NCBI RefSeq assembly: GCF_030013205.1
Contig: NZ_CP122648.1
Source: Escherichia coli
GTDB lineage: Bacteria; Pseudomonadota; Gammaproteobacteria; Enterobacterales; Enterobacteriaceae
Direction: 5' to 3' (one strand)
Length of the DNA: 64,000 bases
Shown here piece by piece: positions 24,247-36,692 of the stretch; position 1 is the stretch's first letter, and every line of letters starts with the position of its first letter. Made by a program: the position numbers and the translations under genes. The notes below the pieces were generated by a model that saw only the letters and a list, made by a program, of their open reading frames with translations, was not told the origin of the DNA and searched no databases.

Positions 24247-24981
24247 TTATGCTGCGACAACAATCCCCTTTTCGGAAAATGTAGAGCGTAGTCGGCGGGC
24301 GAATGCCAGTGCGTGTTCTCCATCGCCATGCAGGCAGACCGTTTGCGCCGTGACCGTTGCCCATTCGCCGTTGATACTTTTGACTCTGCCGTGTTGCACC
24401 ATCTCCAACGTTTGCGCCAGCGCCTGTTCTTCGTTTTCAATCAACGCGCCTGGCTGGCTTCGCGGCACCAGCGAGCCGTCAGCCTGATAACCGCGATCGG
24501 CAAACACTTCCTCGCTCGTTATCAGACCATATCGCTTGCCTGCACGAATCAGCTCGCTTCCCGCCAGCCCGACGAGAATCAATGACGGATCGCAAGCGTA
24601 TACCGCTCTGGCGATGGCGTCTGCCAGTTGTGCCTCTTTCGCCGCCTGGTTGTATAACATGCCGTGCGGTTTGACATGACGCATTACGCCCCCTTGCGCA
24701 CGGGTAATCGCTGCCAGCGCGCCAATTTGATACAGCGTCTGGGCGTAAACGGTTTCTGGCGGCAGCTGCATGGCACTGCGACCAAAATTTTCCCGGTCGG
24801 GAAAACTCGGGTGAGCGCCAATCGCGACACCATTTTTTATTGCTTCACGCACGCAAGCCTGCATGGTTTGCGCATCGCCTGCATGAAATCCACAAGCAAT
24901 ATTGGCAGAGGAAACCAGCGTTAATAGCTCTGCGTCGCTGGCGCAGCCTTCGCCCAGATCGGCGTTAAGGTCAATTTTCAT
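24247..24981 (-). CDS. pxpA: 5-oxoprolinase subunit A (LamB/YcsF family)
   Basis: 244 aa [20 protein letters not shown]... Confidence 0.9.
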   Translation of the reverse strand: MKIDLNADLGEGCASDAELLTLVSSANIACGFHAGDAQTMQACVREAIKNGVAIGAHPSFPDRENFGRSAMQLPPETVYAQTLYQIGALAAITRAQGGVMRHVKPHGMLYNQAAKEAQLADAIARAVYACDPSLILVGLAGSELIRAGKRYGLITSEEVFADRGYQADGSLVPRSQPGALIENEEQALAQTLEMVQHGRVKSINGEWATVTAQTVCLHGDGEHALAFARRLRSTFSEKGIVVAA

Positions 24982-25903
24982 TGTGCAGCCGCCACGCTAA
25001 TTGTTCGAAATAACGTTGTTGATCTTGCCGCGCTTTCAGTGCCTCTTCCAGTGAACACTGGACAAAATGAATCGGCTGACCGAGCGGAATTTGCGCCAGA
25101 TGGTACATATCAGCCTCAATGATACAGGCAATACGCGGATAACCACCGGTGGTCTGTGCGTCGTTCATCAATACAATCGGCTGACCGTTATGCGGCACTT
25201 GCACCACACCCGGCAACAAACCGTGAGATAACAGTTCGCGATCGGTGGTGCGTTTTAAAATTTGCCCCTGTAAGCGATAGCCCATGCGGTTACTTTGCGG
25301 ACTAAGCTGCCAGGGCGAACGCCAGAATGCATCCTGCGAGGCGCGATCGAACTCATGATATTCCGGCCCCGGCAAGGCGCGAATGCGGTTGCCCCACAGC
25401 AGCTGTTTAACGCCCTGCGCTTCCATAAAATCACGCTTCGATTTACCCATCGGGAGTCGGTCACCATCCTTCAGTAAACGGCCTTCCAGCCCGCCAATCC
25501 CCACTTTGAGATCGGTGCTGCATGACCCCATTACCGGCGGAACATCAATACCACCCGCGACCGCCAGATAACTGCGCATCCCGTGCTGCGGGCGTTTAAG
25601 CGTTAAACGCTGGCCTGCTTTCATCGGTAATCGCCAGCCAGTCCAGACGGCATTATCATCCAGCCGCGCTTCGCAACCTGCCCCCGTCAGGGCAAACCAA
25701 CCATCAGTTTCGAACTCTACCGTTAACTGACCGAGCGTTATCTCCAGCGCGGGGGCATTGGCGTCATTACCCACCAGCAGGTTAGCAATGCGTAACGCAG
25801 GCATATCCAGTGCGCCGCAGTGGCTGATACCCGACTGGCGAAAACCGTGACGACCGCCATCCTGCACAGTGGTATACATGCCCGCACGAATAATCTTCAG
25901 CAT
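24971..25903 (-). CDS. pxpC: 5-oxoprolinase subunit C
   Basis: 310 aa; overlaps pxpA start and pxpB end. Confidence 0.9.
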
Positions 25904-26553
25904 ACTCCCTCCTTCTGCGGTACAAAGCGCACGCTGTCTCCCGGACGTAATAAGATGGGTTCGTCACGCGCCGGATCAAACAGGCTGAGTGAGGTATGAC
26001 CAATCAACTGCCAGCCGCCCGGTGTTGCCAGCGGATAAACACCGGTCTGCGGCCCGCCGATCCCGACAGAACCTGCCGGAACGAGCAAGCGCGGTTCAGC
26101 GCGACGTGGCGTGTGTAGTTGTTCCGGCAAACTCCCGAGATACGGGAAGCCCGGTTGAAAACCTAAAAACCAGACCACGTATTCCACGGAGGAGTGCAAT
26201 TCAACAACCTGTTTTTCGCTCAACCCACAATGCGCCGCGACCACCGCCAAATCCGGTCCGCCTGCGCCACCGTAAACAACCGGAATTTCAATAAAACGAG
26301 ACTCCGGCTCCAGCGCCTCACTCTCCTCCCACCAGCGTTGCAAACGCTCTATGGCATCCAGCGCCAGCGACTCAGGATTACGTAAAATCACCGTGATATT
26401 GTTCATGCCGGGAATGGCTTCAACCACATTCGGCATATCCACCAGACGCTGTGCCAGTCGCCAGATCCGTTTCTGGCTAGCCAGCGTCACCGGCGGTTCC
26501 AGTTCCAGCACTACCGCCGTTTCACCTATCAGATAACAACGCGCTCGTTGCAC
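25897..26553 (-). CDS. pxpB: 5-oxoprolinase subunit B
   Basis: 218 aa. Confidence 0.9.
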
Positions 26554-26575
26554 TTTCGATCCCTCTGATTATTCG

Positions 26576-27319
26576 TTATGCAGGATTAGGAATATCAATA
26601 AAGGTCACATCAAGATCGGTATTTTCATTCAGCCACTCGCTCAACGCGCGAATACCACCACGTTCAGTGGCATGGTGACCCGCAGCATAAAAATGCAATC
26701 CCTGCTCGCGGGCTGAATGAATGGTCTGTTCAGAAACTTCGCCAGTAATAAAAGCATCCACGCCAAAACGCGCGGCGCTATCGATAAAACTTTGCCCGCC
26801 GCCCGTGCACCAGGCAACGCGCTGGACCACCTCAGGTCCGGTATCGCCACACCATAACGGCTTACGTCCCAGACGCGCTTCAATCCAGGAGGCTAGTTCC
26901 AGTCCCGGCACAGGCATGGTCAGTTCTCCCCACGGCACCAACGGCTCAATTTCGCCCATGACCGAGATCCCCAGTAACGCCGCCAGCTGTGCGTTATTGC
27001 CCAGCTCAGGATGTGCGTCAAGCGGCAAATGCCAGCCATACAGGTTGATATCATTTGCCAGCAACGTTTTTAAACGGTTACGCTTCATGCCGCGAATGAC
27101 CGGAGATTCGCCTTTCCAGAAGTAGCCATGATGCACAATGACCGCATCCGCGCCCAGACGCACTGCCTCATCGAGCAAAGCCTGGCTGGCAGTGACACCG
27201 GTAACAATTTTTTGCACCGTCTCTTTGCCTTCCACCTGCAAACCATTCGGCGCGTAATCACTAATCGCCGCGCTGTTCAGTTTTTCGTTAATCAGTTGTT
27301 CCAGTTCGGTGTTTTTCAT
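26576..27319 (-). CDS. ybgI: NIF3-family metal-binding protein (GTP cyclohydrolase 1 type 2 homolog)
   Basis: 247 aa MKNTELEQLINEKLNSAAISDYAPNGLQVEG... Confidence 0.92.
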   Translation of the reverse strand: MKNTELEQLINEKLNSAAISDYAPNGLQVEGKETVQKIVTGVTASQALLDEAVRLGADAVIVHHGYFWKGESPVIRGMKRNRLKTLLANDINLYGWHLPLDAHPELGNNAQLAALLGISVMGEIEPLVPWGELTMPVPGLELASWIEARLGRKPLWCGDTGPEVVQRVAWCTGGGQSFIDSAARFGVDAFITGEVSEQTIHSAREQGLHFYAAGHHATERGGIRALSEWLNENTDLDVTFIDIPNPA

Positions 27320-27406
27320 CTTCGCGCCTTCCGTATTCTGATAGCTACACCGTTAACATAGCGTTACCTCGCCTGTTCGTCGATAGCCAATCTTTTGAGA
27401 TATTAA

Positions 27407-29071
<1,665 letters not shown>

Positions 29072-29087
29072 CAGGCCAGCACCGATG

Positions 29088-29118
29088 CCTGATAAAACGC
29101 TCGCTGCGTTTTATCAGG
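29088..29118. terminator. bidirectional hairpin between convergent dtpD and phr
   Basis: cctgataaaacgc-tcgct-gcgttttatcagg inverted repeat; overlaps phr stop. Confidence 0.5.
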
Positions 29119-30532
29119 CTCCTTTCCTCGCTTCTTCGTACGCTGCCAGCGTTCGCAGCCTTGCCTCTTTGTGATCAACTATCGGTTGCGGATAATCCAG
29201 CGTCACACCTGCTTTCTGCGCCCACTTCCACGGCTCATGCACCACTTTCCCTGGCACATCGCGCAGTTCCGGTAGCCACTGGCGGATAAACTCGCCTTCG
29301 CGGTCAAATTTCTCGCCCTGGGTTGTCGGGTTAAAAATACGAAAATACGGCGCTGCATCGGTTCCGGTTGAAGCGGCCCACTGCCAGCCACCGTTATTAG
29401 CTGCCAAATCACCATCAATCAGCTGCGACATGAAATATCGCTCGCCTTCGCGCCAGTCGATCAATAAATCTTTCACCAGAAAACTGGCTGTAATCATCCG
29501 TAGCCTGTTATGCATCCAGCCAGTGCTGTTAAGCTGACGCATGGCAGCATCGACAATCGGGTATCCCGTTTTGCCTTCCTGCCAGGCCTGTAAATGTGCG
29601 GGATTGCTCTGCCACTGCACACGATCCGTCCAGGCAATAAACGGACAATGTTTACACAACGAGGGGTAATACGTCATCAGATGACGGTAGAACTCGCGCC
29701 AGATCAGCTCACTAAGCCAGACACTACCGGCCCCACCGTCCAGCGCCTGCGGCTGTTCCGCCAACAAGCGATGCAAACACTGGCGAGGCGATAACCCGCC
29801 CGTTGCCAGGCTGGCGGACAAACGACTGGTGCCTTCCACTGCCGGAAAATCTCGTTGTTGCTCATATTCTCCGGCACCGTTCTGGCAAAACTGGCGTAAT
29901 TGCGCAATCGCCGCTTTCTCTTCCACCGGGAAATGCGCAGTATCGAAAGGCTGACGAGGATAATTCAGCGTAATGGATGGCGCGGGCTTTATCGATCCGC
30001 TACTACGAACTTTTGGCGCAGCGACGCACTCCGGCATCCCTTCCCGCAGCCGTTTCAGCCAGGCGTTTTTAAACGGCGTAAAGACTTTGTACATCTCATG
30101 ATTGCCAGTCATCACCGCCCCCGGCGGCAGGATCACGCTGTCGTCAAATCCTTCACACACCACGTTACGCAGCGTTCTCTCAACCTGCGCATCCCGCGCC
30201 CGCTCATTCACCTCATACTGATAGTTATAAAACAGATGGGTAACACGATTTTCCGCGCACACCTGTTTAACTATTTCGACGCTGGCGACAAAGTCATCCA
30301 CTTCATGAAACAGCAAAGGAATGCCTTTTTCCGCCAGCGCGATTTGTAGCCCATTCAGTTGAGCATTGATAAGTTCAGCCTGACGCGGCGACACATTATG
30401 CGCCGCCCACTGGCGTGGGGTAGCGATATACAACGCCAGCACGCGCACAGACGAATTGCGGCAGGCGGCAGCCAGCGCGAGATTATCGTGCTGACGTAAA
30501 TCCTGGCGAAACCAGACCAGATGGGTAGTCAT
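29114..30532 (-). CDS. phr: deoxyribodipyrimidine photolyase
   Basis: 472 aa MTTHLVWFRQDLRQHDNLALAAA... Confidence 0.96.
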   Translation of the reverse strand: MTTHLVWFRQDLRQHDNLALAAACRNSSVRVLALYIATPRQWAAHNVSPRQAELINAQLNGLQIALAEKGIPLLFHEVDDFVASVEIVKQVCAENRVTHLFYNYQYEVNERARDAQVERTLRNVVCEGFDDSVILPPGAVMTGNHEMYKVFTPFKNAWLKRLREGMPECVAAPKVRSSGSIKPAPSITLNYPRQPFDTAHFPVEEKAAIAQLRQFCQNGAGEYEQQRDFPAVEGTSRLSASLATGGLSPRQCLHRLLAEQPQALDGGAGSVWLSELIWREFYRHLMTYYPSLCKHCPFIAWTDRVQWQSNPAHLQAWQEGKTGYPIVDAAMRQLNSTGWMHNRLRMITASFLVKDLLIDWREGERYFMSQLIDGDLAANNGGWQWAASTGTDAAPYFRIFNPTTQGEKFDREGEFIRQWLPELRDVPGKVVHEPWKWAQKAGVTLDYPQPIVDHKEARLRTLAAYEEARKGA

Positions 30533-31038
30533 AAAACTCCTGCATGGCGCAAGTTAATCACACGCGGCCAAAGTTCGAAATAACGCTGCTCTGAAAGCCA
30601 GGCGTCAGGATAAAACGCCATATAGTGTTTGATACGCATCAGCAGCGCAAGAAGCGGTTGCTCGCCACGGCGATAACTGTCGATAAGCGCCGCCAGCTGC
30701 TGGCGTTCTGTGGAATCAATATGTGGGCGAAAATATCCCTGAACGTGCATCAAAACGTTAGTATGATCACGCCGGTTGGCAGGGTGAGAAAGCAAAACAA
30801 TTACGCGTTGGCGGTACTGGTTGTAATAGTCATCCAGATTTTGCCACTGGTGAATATCAGCCACAAACGGGCCAAGTTTGCGGTACTCCGGCTGGGAATG
30901 GGCCAGAAAGACGAGTTTATAGCGGCTGTGATAATCGTTGAGTGCCCCGCGCGTTAAGCCATGTTCTTTCAGTCGATGTAACTCATGAAGGGCGAAGATA
31001 CGGATTAGGGTGCTGTCATCAAATCGTTGCTGATTCAT
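30529..31038 (-). CDS. ybgA: DUF1722 protein cotranscribed with phr
   Basis: 169 aa; 4-bp overlap with phr. Confidence 0.85.
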   Translation of the reverse strand: MNQQRFDDSTLIRIFALHELHRLKEHGLTRGALNDYHSRYKLVFLAHSQPEYRKLGPFVADIHQWQNLDDYYNQYRQRVIVLLSHPANRRDHTNVLMHVQGYFRPHIDSTERQQLAALIDSYRRGEQPLLALLMRIKHYMAFYPDAWLSEQRYFELWPRVINLRHAGVL

Positions 31039-31109
31039 TACTGCTCCTGAACGGTTTACAGGAGTAAGTGTAGACGTTGGGAAATGATATTTGTGAAGTT
31101 AATCCTGTT

Positions 31110-32095
31110 GTAGCAGGGCAAGATTACGAAAGCCCGCTCCCCGCAAGGACTGACGTCAGGTAGTTTCTGTCCATGGCTGCCCTTTCCATTCAAACGTGAA
31201 ATCAATAAGTTCATCAGGGACATCGCAAACAATATGAAGACGGATTTCTTCTCTGCCGTGACTTTTTTCACTAATTGCGTAACTGTCATGCTCTGGATTA
31301 TTTAATTCTTTCAGTGGGAATTTTTCCTCAAAGGCTTTATTAAGCCGCCCCTGATTTCCTTTTACAGCGAATAAATAATCACCGCCCTGTTTTTGTATCT
31401 TCTCTGCGATATCTTTCTGGCAACCCATCGCATCAGTTGTGATAATTTTTCCTTTAATATCCAGCATGTTAAGAAGTTCAGGGATAGCTGTGATCTCATT
31501 GGATTTCTTATCCGTCCTGATCTGTCCGATGACAAGACTGTGCATTGTTGAGAACGCACTAATGACATGAATCGCTCCCCTGCGGCGACTCTTGTCATAA
31601 GAATGCCGGAGCGTTTTTCCATCAATTGCAATAACGTCTTTATCATCTGAAGAATGGCAGTCACGCATCCAGTTAATAAAGCACTCGTGAAATTTTGAAG
31701 GACTGATACAGGATACAACTCTGGCGATGGTATCGTGAACAGGAATACCATTTTAAAAATCACCATATTGTTTTAAAAAATCGAGATGTGTTTCCCCAAA
31801 ATCCTCTATATCTTCCCAACCGTCTGCACAAGAAATAACGGCACAAATAGTCAACAGTAGAATATCCGACAATTTATGTTCCACTTTCCTGGCATGTCTG
31901 TAATCGGAAGTAATAGAAATATGTTCCATCAATTTTTTAAGTTCCATTTTGTTCTCCTTAATTATGTAAGGAGTATTTGATCATGTATAAGCAATAAAAA
32001 AGAGCTTCAGGTAATGAGGAATATCTCAATTTTTAAACATAAAATGCGAATTGTTTAGTACAAAAAAGCAGCGTTACGTGATCTTTCCCTGGTGA
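31110..32095 (-). mobile_element. H-repeat (ISAs1-family) element copy 1, degenerate
   Basis: terminal sequences shared with copy 2 (gcagggNaagattacgaaagcccgc at one end, gatctttccc at the other); internal deletion of about 385 bp plus a TAA nonsense codon. Confidence 0.8.
31156..31947 (-). pseudogene. H-repeat-associated (ISAs1-type) transposase, disrupted
   Basis: ORF track fragments 31753..31947 and 31156..31668 same frame; ...YGDF then TAA where copy 2 has GAA; C-terminus replaced after FTFEWKG by deletion. Confidence 0.8.
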
Positions 32096-32545
32096 CAGTC
32101 ACGGCAGCGGAATCGATCATGTCCTTTTGGGTTCTTCCCGTGACGGTAAACCTGAACGGACTGGCAACGGGGGCAATGAAGGTTAACAGTGACCATGAAG
32201 GAACCTTAAAAGCGAGTATTATACCACTCATTCAACTAATTGGAGGCATTACCCATCCCTTTTAACACGATCTTTTCCATATAAAACAGGAATAAGTTGC
32301 TCCATGTTGTAATTTTTATATTTTTCATGCAAAAACAACTCCCTGCTTTCTTTTCGTCTTTTATTCACATCAATAATTTTCATATCAACTATCTCATTTT
32401 CTTTGCTATCTTATCTTTTGAATGGCGTGAATGCTTGCCCCCCATGCTTTCATTGTGCTTTTTGCCTCTAACGGTGAATATTTACCTTGTGAAATTAATT
32501 CCTCAAGCATCTCACATCTGCTCTAGTAAAGAAATAGTTCATATT

Positions 32546-32995
32546 CTATAGTTTAATGACCTCGCCAAGCTTACCCCCCTCATCGGCATAAAAAGCACTC
32601 AAATACAGATCACCCTTATTTTCTTTTGTAAACTCAAATTCCTCTATTAGAGAGTAATGTTCATATGTAGAGCGATAGGTTAAAACCACAACATTATGAT
32701 TAATTACATTACTCGCCAATAAGTTTATTTTATTTAATCTTCCAAACACCTGTTTTTTTTCTTTCATTATCGTTATAAAAACATCTTCCGATGTTGCTTT
32801 TTTAAATTCACTGCTTGTGTCAGAGTAGATTTTGTCCACTTCATTCTGATTGTATAGTTTTTGAATGATAACAACTTTATCCTGCGCAATTTTTCTAATA
32901 TCAGCATCATTCTTTATTACATTATGACTAATGTCTTTCCCCAAAAACATAAAAACCACTACTGCTACAATAACAATACTCACTTTTATTTTCAT
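32546..32995 (-). CDS. candidate immunity protein for orphan Rhs tip 2; N-terminal signal peptide or membrane anchor
   Basis: 149 aa, MKIKVSIVIVAVVVFMFLG hydrophobic N-terminus; AT-rich; start 4 bp from upstream toxin stop. Confidence 0.55.
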   Translation of the reverse strand: MKIKVSIVIVAVVVFMFLGKDISHNVIKNDADIRKIAQDKVVIIQKLYNQNEVDKIYSDTSSEFKKATSEDVFITIMKEKKQVFGRLNKINLLASNVINHNVVVLTYRSTYEHYSLIEEFEFTKENKGDLYLSAFYADEGGKLGEVIKL

Positions 32996-32998
32996 AAA

Positions 32999-33780
32999 TT
33001 AATATCCTGCCAATTGTGATAAACACCATAAACTTTGCGAACAGGTAAGTTCGCCAACAAAACCACCAAATCCGGGACCAATACTCACTGTGCCTGAATT
33101 TTTTCCGTCTGCATCCCTAACCCCTGCAATGGAATATTTTTTCAAATAACCACCTGTAGATATATAACCTTTAGTAAGATACTCCCCCGGAGAGATTTTT
33201 GCTTGCGATGCTGTACCTGACAAAGAAATACCGATTGCAGAACCAACACCATTATGTTCACACAAAGTATAATACATACAAACATCCAGATTAGCTGGAG
33301 CTCTGTCATTCCCCCCAACTGTTGCTCCCACAGCAAAACTAGCCCCTGTAAATTCGTCACCATTAAAACTTATATCAATAGATCCTGAACCAGGGAAAGG
33401 AGTAGTATAAATTTTAGAAGTCACATCCGAAGGAGCGTTATTATTATACATAGAGTTATTCATAAATTCGCCCCAATTGCTATATAATCCCAAAGCATCT
33501 GTGTATGCAACAGGATTCAACGGATACTGATAAAAATTCCATCCCCACTTCAGCCCAATCGGATCATGAGTGATATACCGCCCCTGCAGCGGGTCATAAT
33601 AGCGGTGGCGGTTGTAATACAGGCCGGACTCCTCATCATACTGCTGCCCCGGCAGGCGGACAAGCTGCTGCAGCTGATGCGGGTTCTCTTCATTCAGCAG
33701 GTTGCCCCACTCATCGTATTCTGCGCACCATTCTGTTGCCCCTTCCGTGCTGATAAGCGCCAGCGGCAGGTTATTCGGTT
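32999..33780 (-). CDS. orphan Rhs C-terminal tip 2 (core-end remnant plus glycine-rich toxin domain), no ATG/GTG start
   Basis: minus-strand frame open from about 33780 to stop at 32999; encodes ...[73 protein letters not shown]...[13 protein letters not shown] then a divergent 160-aa domain; ORF track lists the TTG-initiated part 32999..33520. Confidence 0.75.
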
Positions 33781-33893
33781 TGCGTCGTTGAGTTCACTAC
33801 ACTAAAACTCCGTGCCCATATAACCCAAGTCGGAGGCATGCCTTCCTCTGGTTCGTTCCATCTAAAATGTCTATACATAACATGGTTATTCAA

Positions 33894-34286
33894 TTATTTT
33901 TCTTTGAATTTATTCTCAATCCAGCTGTCTTTATACCTGATGAAAATTTGACACTCACCAATATTATCAATGCCTCCAGAATTTGTATTTGGAATTTGTC
34001 CAACTGCAACTATAGTTGATTCAAAATATTCAACATTGACATTATCTGTAATTATTGAAATTATATAATCATCTGGAATAGAGCCATTAGGAGTTATATT
34101 GAAGAAACTAACACCTGAAAATACCAAATAACCATCTTCTAAGTCTTCATTATCATAAAAATTCCATTCTGTTGTACCATAGGCTATCCTTGAGATTAAA
34201 TTAACCTGAATTCTAATTTGTTTACTCCATAAATCAAATTCAATTTTTTTTATTGCTCGATCACCAAGATATATTCTATCAAACAT
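33894..34286 (-). CDS. candidate immunity protein for orphan Rhs tip 1 (cytoplasmic)
   Basis: 130 aa, no signal peptide, AT-rich, starts 14 bp after upstream toxin stop. Confidence 0.55.
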   Translation of the reverse strand: MFDRIYLGDRAIKKIEFDLWSKQIRIQVNLISRIAYGTTEWNFYDNEDLEDGYLVFSGVSFFNITPNGSIPDDYIISIITDNVNVEYFESTIVAVGQIPNTNSGGIDNIGECQIFIRYKDSWIENKFKEK

Positions 34287-34300
34287 ATTATCCCCCTATT

Positions 34301-35203
34301 CTAAAAATACTCAGGCATTCCGCACATTATATCAGCCTCATCTTGATTGCTTCCCGTTGACATTTCAACATACATAGCATAATAACATTGTCCAAACGTT
34401 CCCTCTCTACATGATCTAAGTGTAAACATATGTAAAACAGAACTAAAAAAGCTTAGTGTACCGAGTGATCTAATACCGATATGTGCGGCACTACTATTCC
34501 ATGGTACAACGCGACCATTAACATCAAGGGATGGACCTTGGCCTTTCATACCGCTACCTGTTCCTGGTAAATGTGCATGTGCATGTGGTGTTGAATTGTT
34601 TGCATGCCCTATTGGATTAAGCCTATAAGCATTTGAATTATTCTGATAAAGAGTGTGAGTATCTGCACTTCCTGGATTACTGGGGGGATACGGGATTGTT
34701 CTGCCACCTACCGGTTCAACCATAATATTGCCTTTAGAATCACCTATAAACCTACCAACAGGTTGTTGAGTTATAGGATCAATAGTACAGGATTGACTTA
34801 CAGGTTTTTGTCTGGGAGAAGGTAATGATAATAGATCTAATCCCAAAGGGTCTATATACTGAACCGGATTCAACGGATACTGATAAAAATTCCATCCCCC
34901 CTTCAGTCCAATCGGATCCTGAGTGATATACCGCCCCTGCAGCGGGTCATAATAGCGGTGGCGGTTGTAATAGAGGCCGGACTCCTCATCATACTGCTGA
35001 CCCGGCAGGCGGATGAGCTGCTGCAGTTGATGCGGGTTCTCTTCATTCAGCAGGTTGCCCCACTCATCGTATTCTGCGCACCATTCTGTTGCCCCTTCCG
35101 TGCTGATAAGCGCCAGCGGCAGGCCGCGATGGTCGCAGTGGTACAGGTGGATTTTTCGCGCCGGCGTGTACACCGGGTCCATCTGGTTTTGCATCTGCGT
35201 CAC
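34301..35203 (-). CDS. orphan Rhs C-terminal tip 1 (core-end remnant plus unclassified toxin domain)
   Basis: 300 aa; first about 115 residues near-identical to rhsC core end up to [13 protein letters not shown], then unique 185 aa; begins with GTG exactly at H-repeat copy 2 boundary. Confidence 0.75.
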   Translation of the reverse strand: MTQMQNQMDPVYTPARKIHLYHCDHRGLPLALISTEGATEWCAEYDEWGNLLNEENPHQLQQLIRLPGQQYDEESGLYYNRHRYYDPLQGRYITQDPIGLKGGWNFYQYPLNPVQYIDPLGLDLLSLPSPRQKPVSQSCTIDPITQQPVGRFIGDSKGNIMVEPVGGRTIPYPPSNPGSADTHTLYQNNSNAYRLNPIGHANNSTPHAHAHLPGTGSGMKGQGPSLDVNGRVVPWNSSAAHIGIRSLGTLSFFSSVLHMFTLRSCREGTFGQCYYAMYVEMSTGSNQDEADIMCGMPEYF

Positions 35204-35204
35204 C

Positions 35205-36495
35205 GCAGGGAAAGATTACGAAAGCCCGCTCCCAGCAAGGACTGACGCCAGATAGTTTCTGTCCATGGCTGCTTTTCGCATCTTACGTCTTAACCCTGCC
35301 TTGAATACCTTATCATTCGTCAAAATATTAATAGCAATGTGCCGTATCCCTGAAAATAATTCTGCTGCATTTCCTCTTCTTATTTTGCAGTCGTCTTCAT
35401 TCATTACCACGTCCAGACGCCAGTGCAGCTTATTCTCCACGTGCCAGTGGTTTCGGATTGCTGTGGCGAACTTTTCTGCGGTTAAATCAGCAGAACTGAT
35501 ATAATATCTGACCGTCATTTCTGGCTCTTTCTTTTGTTCTGCTATTATTGACCGAAAGGAGACTGCCACGCATAATTTCTTCATTCCTTTCCATTCAAAC
35601 GTGAAATCAATAAGTTCATCAGGGACATCGCAAACAATGTGAAGACGGATTTCTTCTTTGCCGTGACTCTTTTCACTTATTTCGTAACTGTCATGCTTTG
35701 GATTATTTAATTCTTTCAGCGGAAATTTTCCCTCAAAGGCTTTATTTAGTCGTCCCTGATTTCCTTTTACAGCGAATACATAATCACCGCCCTGTTTTTG
35801 TATCTTCTCTGCAATATCTTTCTGGCAACCCATCGCATCAGTTGTGATGATTTTTCCTTTAATATCCAACATGTTAAGAAGTTCAGGGATAGCTGTGATT
35901 TCATTGGATTTCTCATCCGTCCTGATCTGTCCGATGACCAGACTGTGCATTGTTGAGAACGCACTAATGACATGAATCGCTCCCCTGCGGCGACTCTTGT
36001 CATAAGAATGCCGGAGCGTTTTTCCATCAATTGCAATAACGTCTTTATCATCTGAAGAATGGCAGTCACGCATCCAGTTAATAAAGCACTCGTGAAATTT
36101 TGCAGGACTGATACAGGATACAACTCTGGCAATGGTATCGTGAACAGGAATACCATTTTCAAAATCACCATATTGCTTCAAAAAATCGAGATGTGTTTCC
36201 CCAAAATCCTCTATATCTTCCCAGCATTCTGCACCAGAAATAACGGCACAAATAGTCAACAGTAGAATATCCGACAATTTATGTTCCACTTTCCAGGCTT
36301 GTCTTTAATCGAGGATAATAGAAATATGTTCCATCAATTTTTTAAGTTCCATTTTGTTCTACTTAATTATGTAAGGAGTATTTGATCATGTATACGCAAT
36401 AAAAAACAGCTTCAGGTAATGAGGAATATCTCAATTTTTAAACATAAAATGCGAATTACTTAGTACAAAAAAGCAGCGTTACGTGATCTTTCCCT
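35205..36495 (-). mobile_element. H-repeat (ISAs1-family) element copy 2
   Basis: about 1.3 kb; same terminal sequences as copy 1; same orientation as copy 1. Confidence 0.8.
35216..36360 (-). pseudogene. H-repeat-associated transposase with in-frame TAA at codon 15 (remaining ORF 357 aa)
   Basis: [19 protein letters not shown], then ORF track 35216..36289 from a GTG; N-terminal segment carries several substitutions relative to copy 1. Confidence 0.7.
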
Positions 36496-36692
36496 GGGGC
36501 TTTAACTTCCCTTTATTCATAAACTCATGGATATGGTGATCAACGGTGGTCTGATGGAGGCGCAGAGCCTGAGTAATCATGACTGAATTTCAGCCTTCAG
36601 AAGCCAGAAAAATGGCTTTAATACAATCGCAGCCCCGCTTTTCACAACATTATGCTTATAATATGAAAAATATCTTGCCTTGCATCTTTGTG

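Noticed and set aside
31056-31289. 77-aa minus-strand ORF spanning the ybgA / H-repeat junction
   Set aside because: Overlaps the H-repeat terminal sequence and the real transposase frame; no coding signal of its own.
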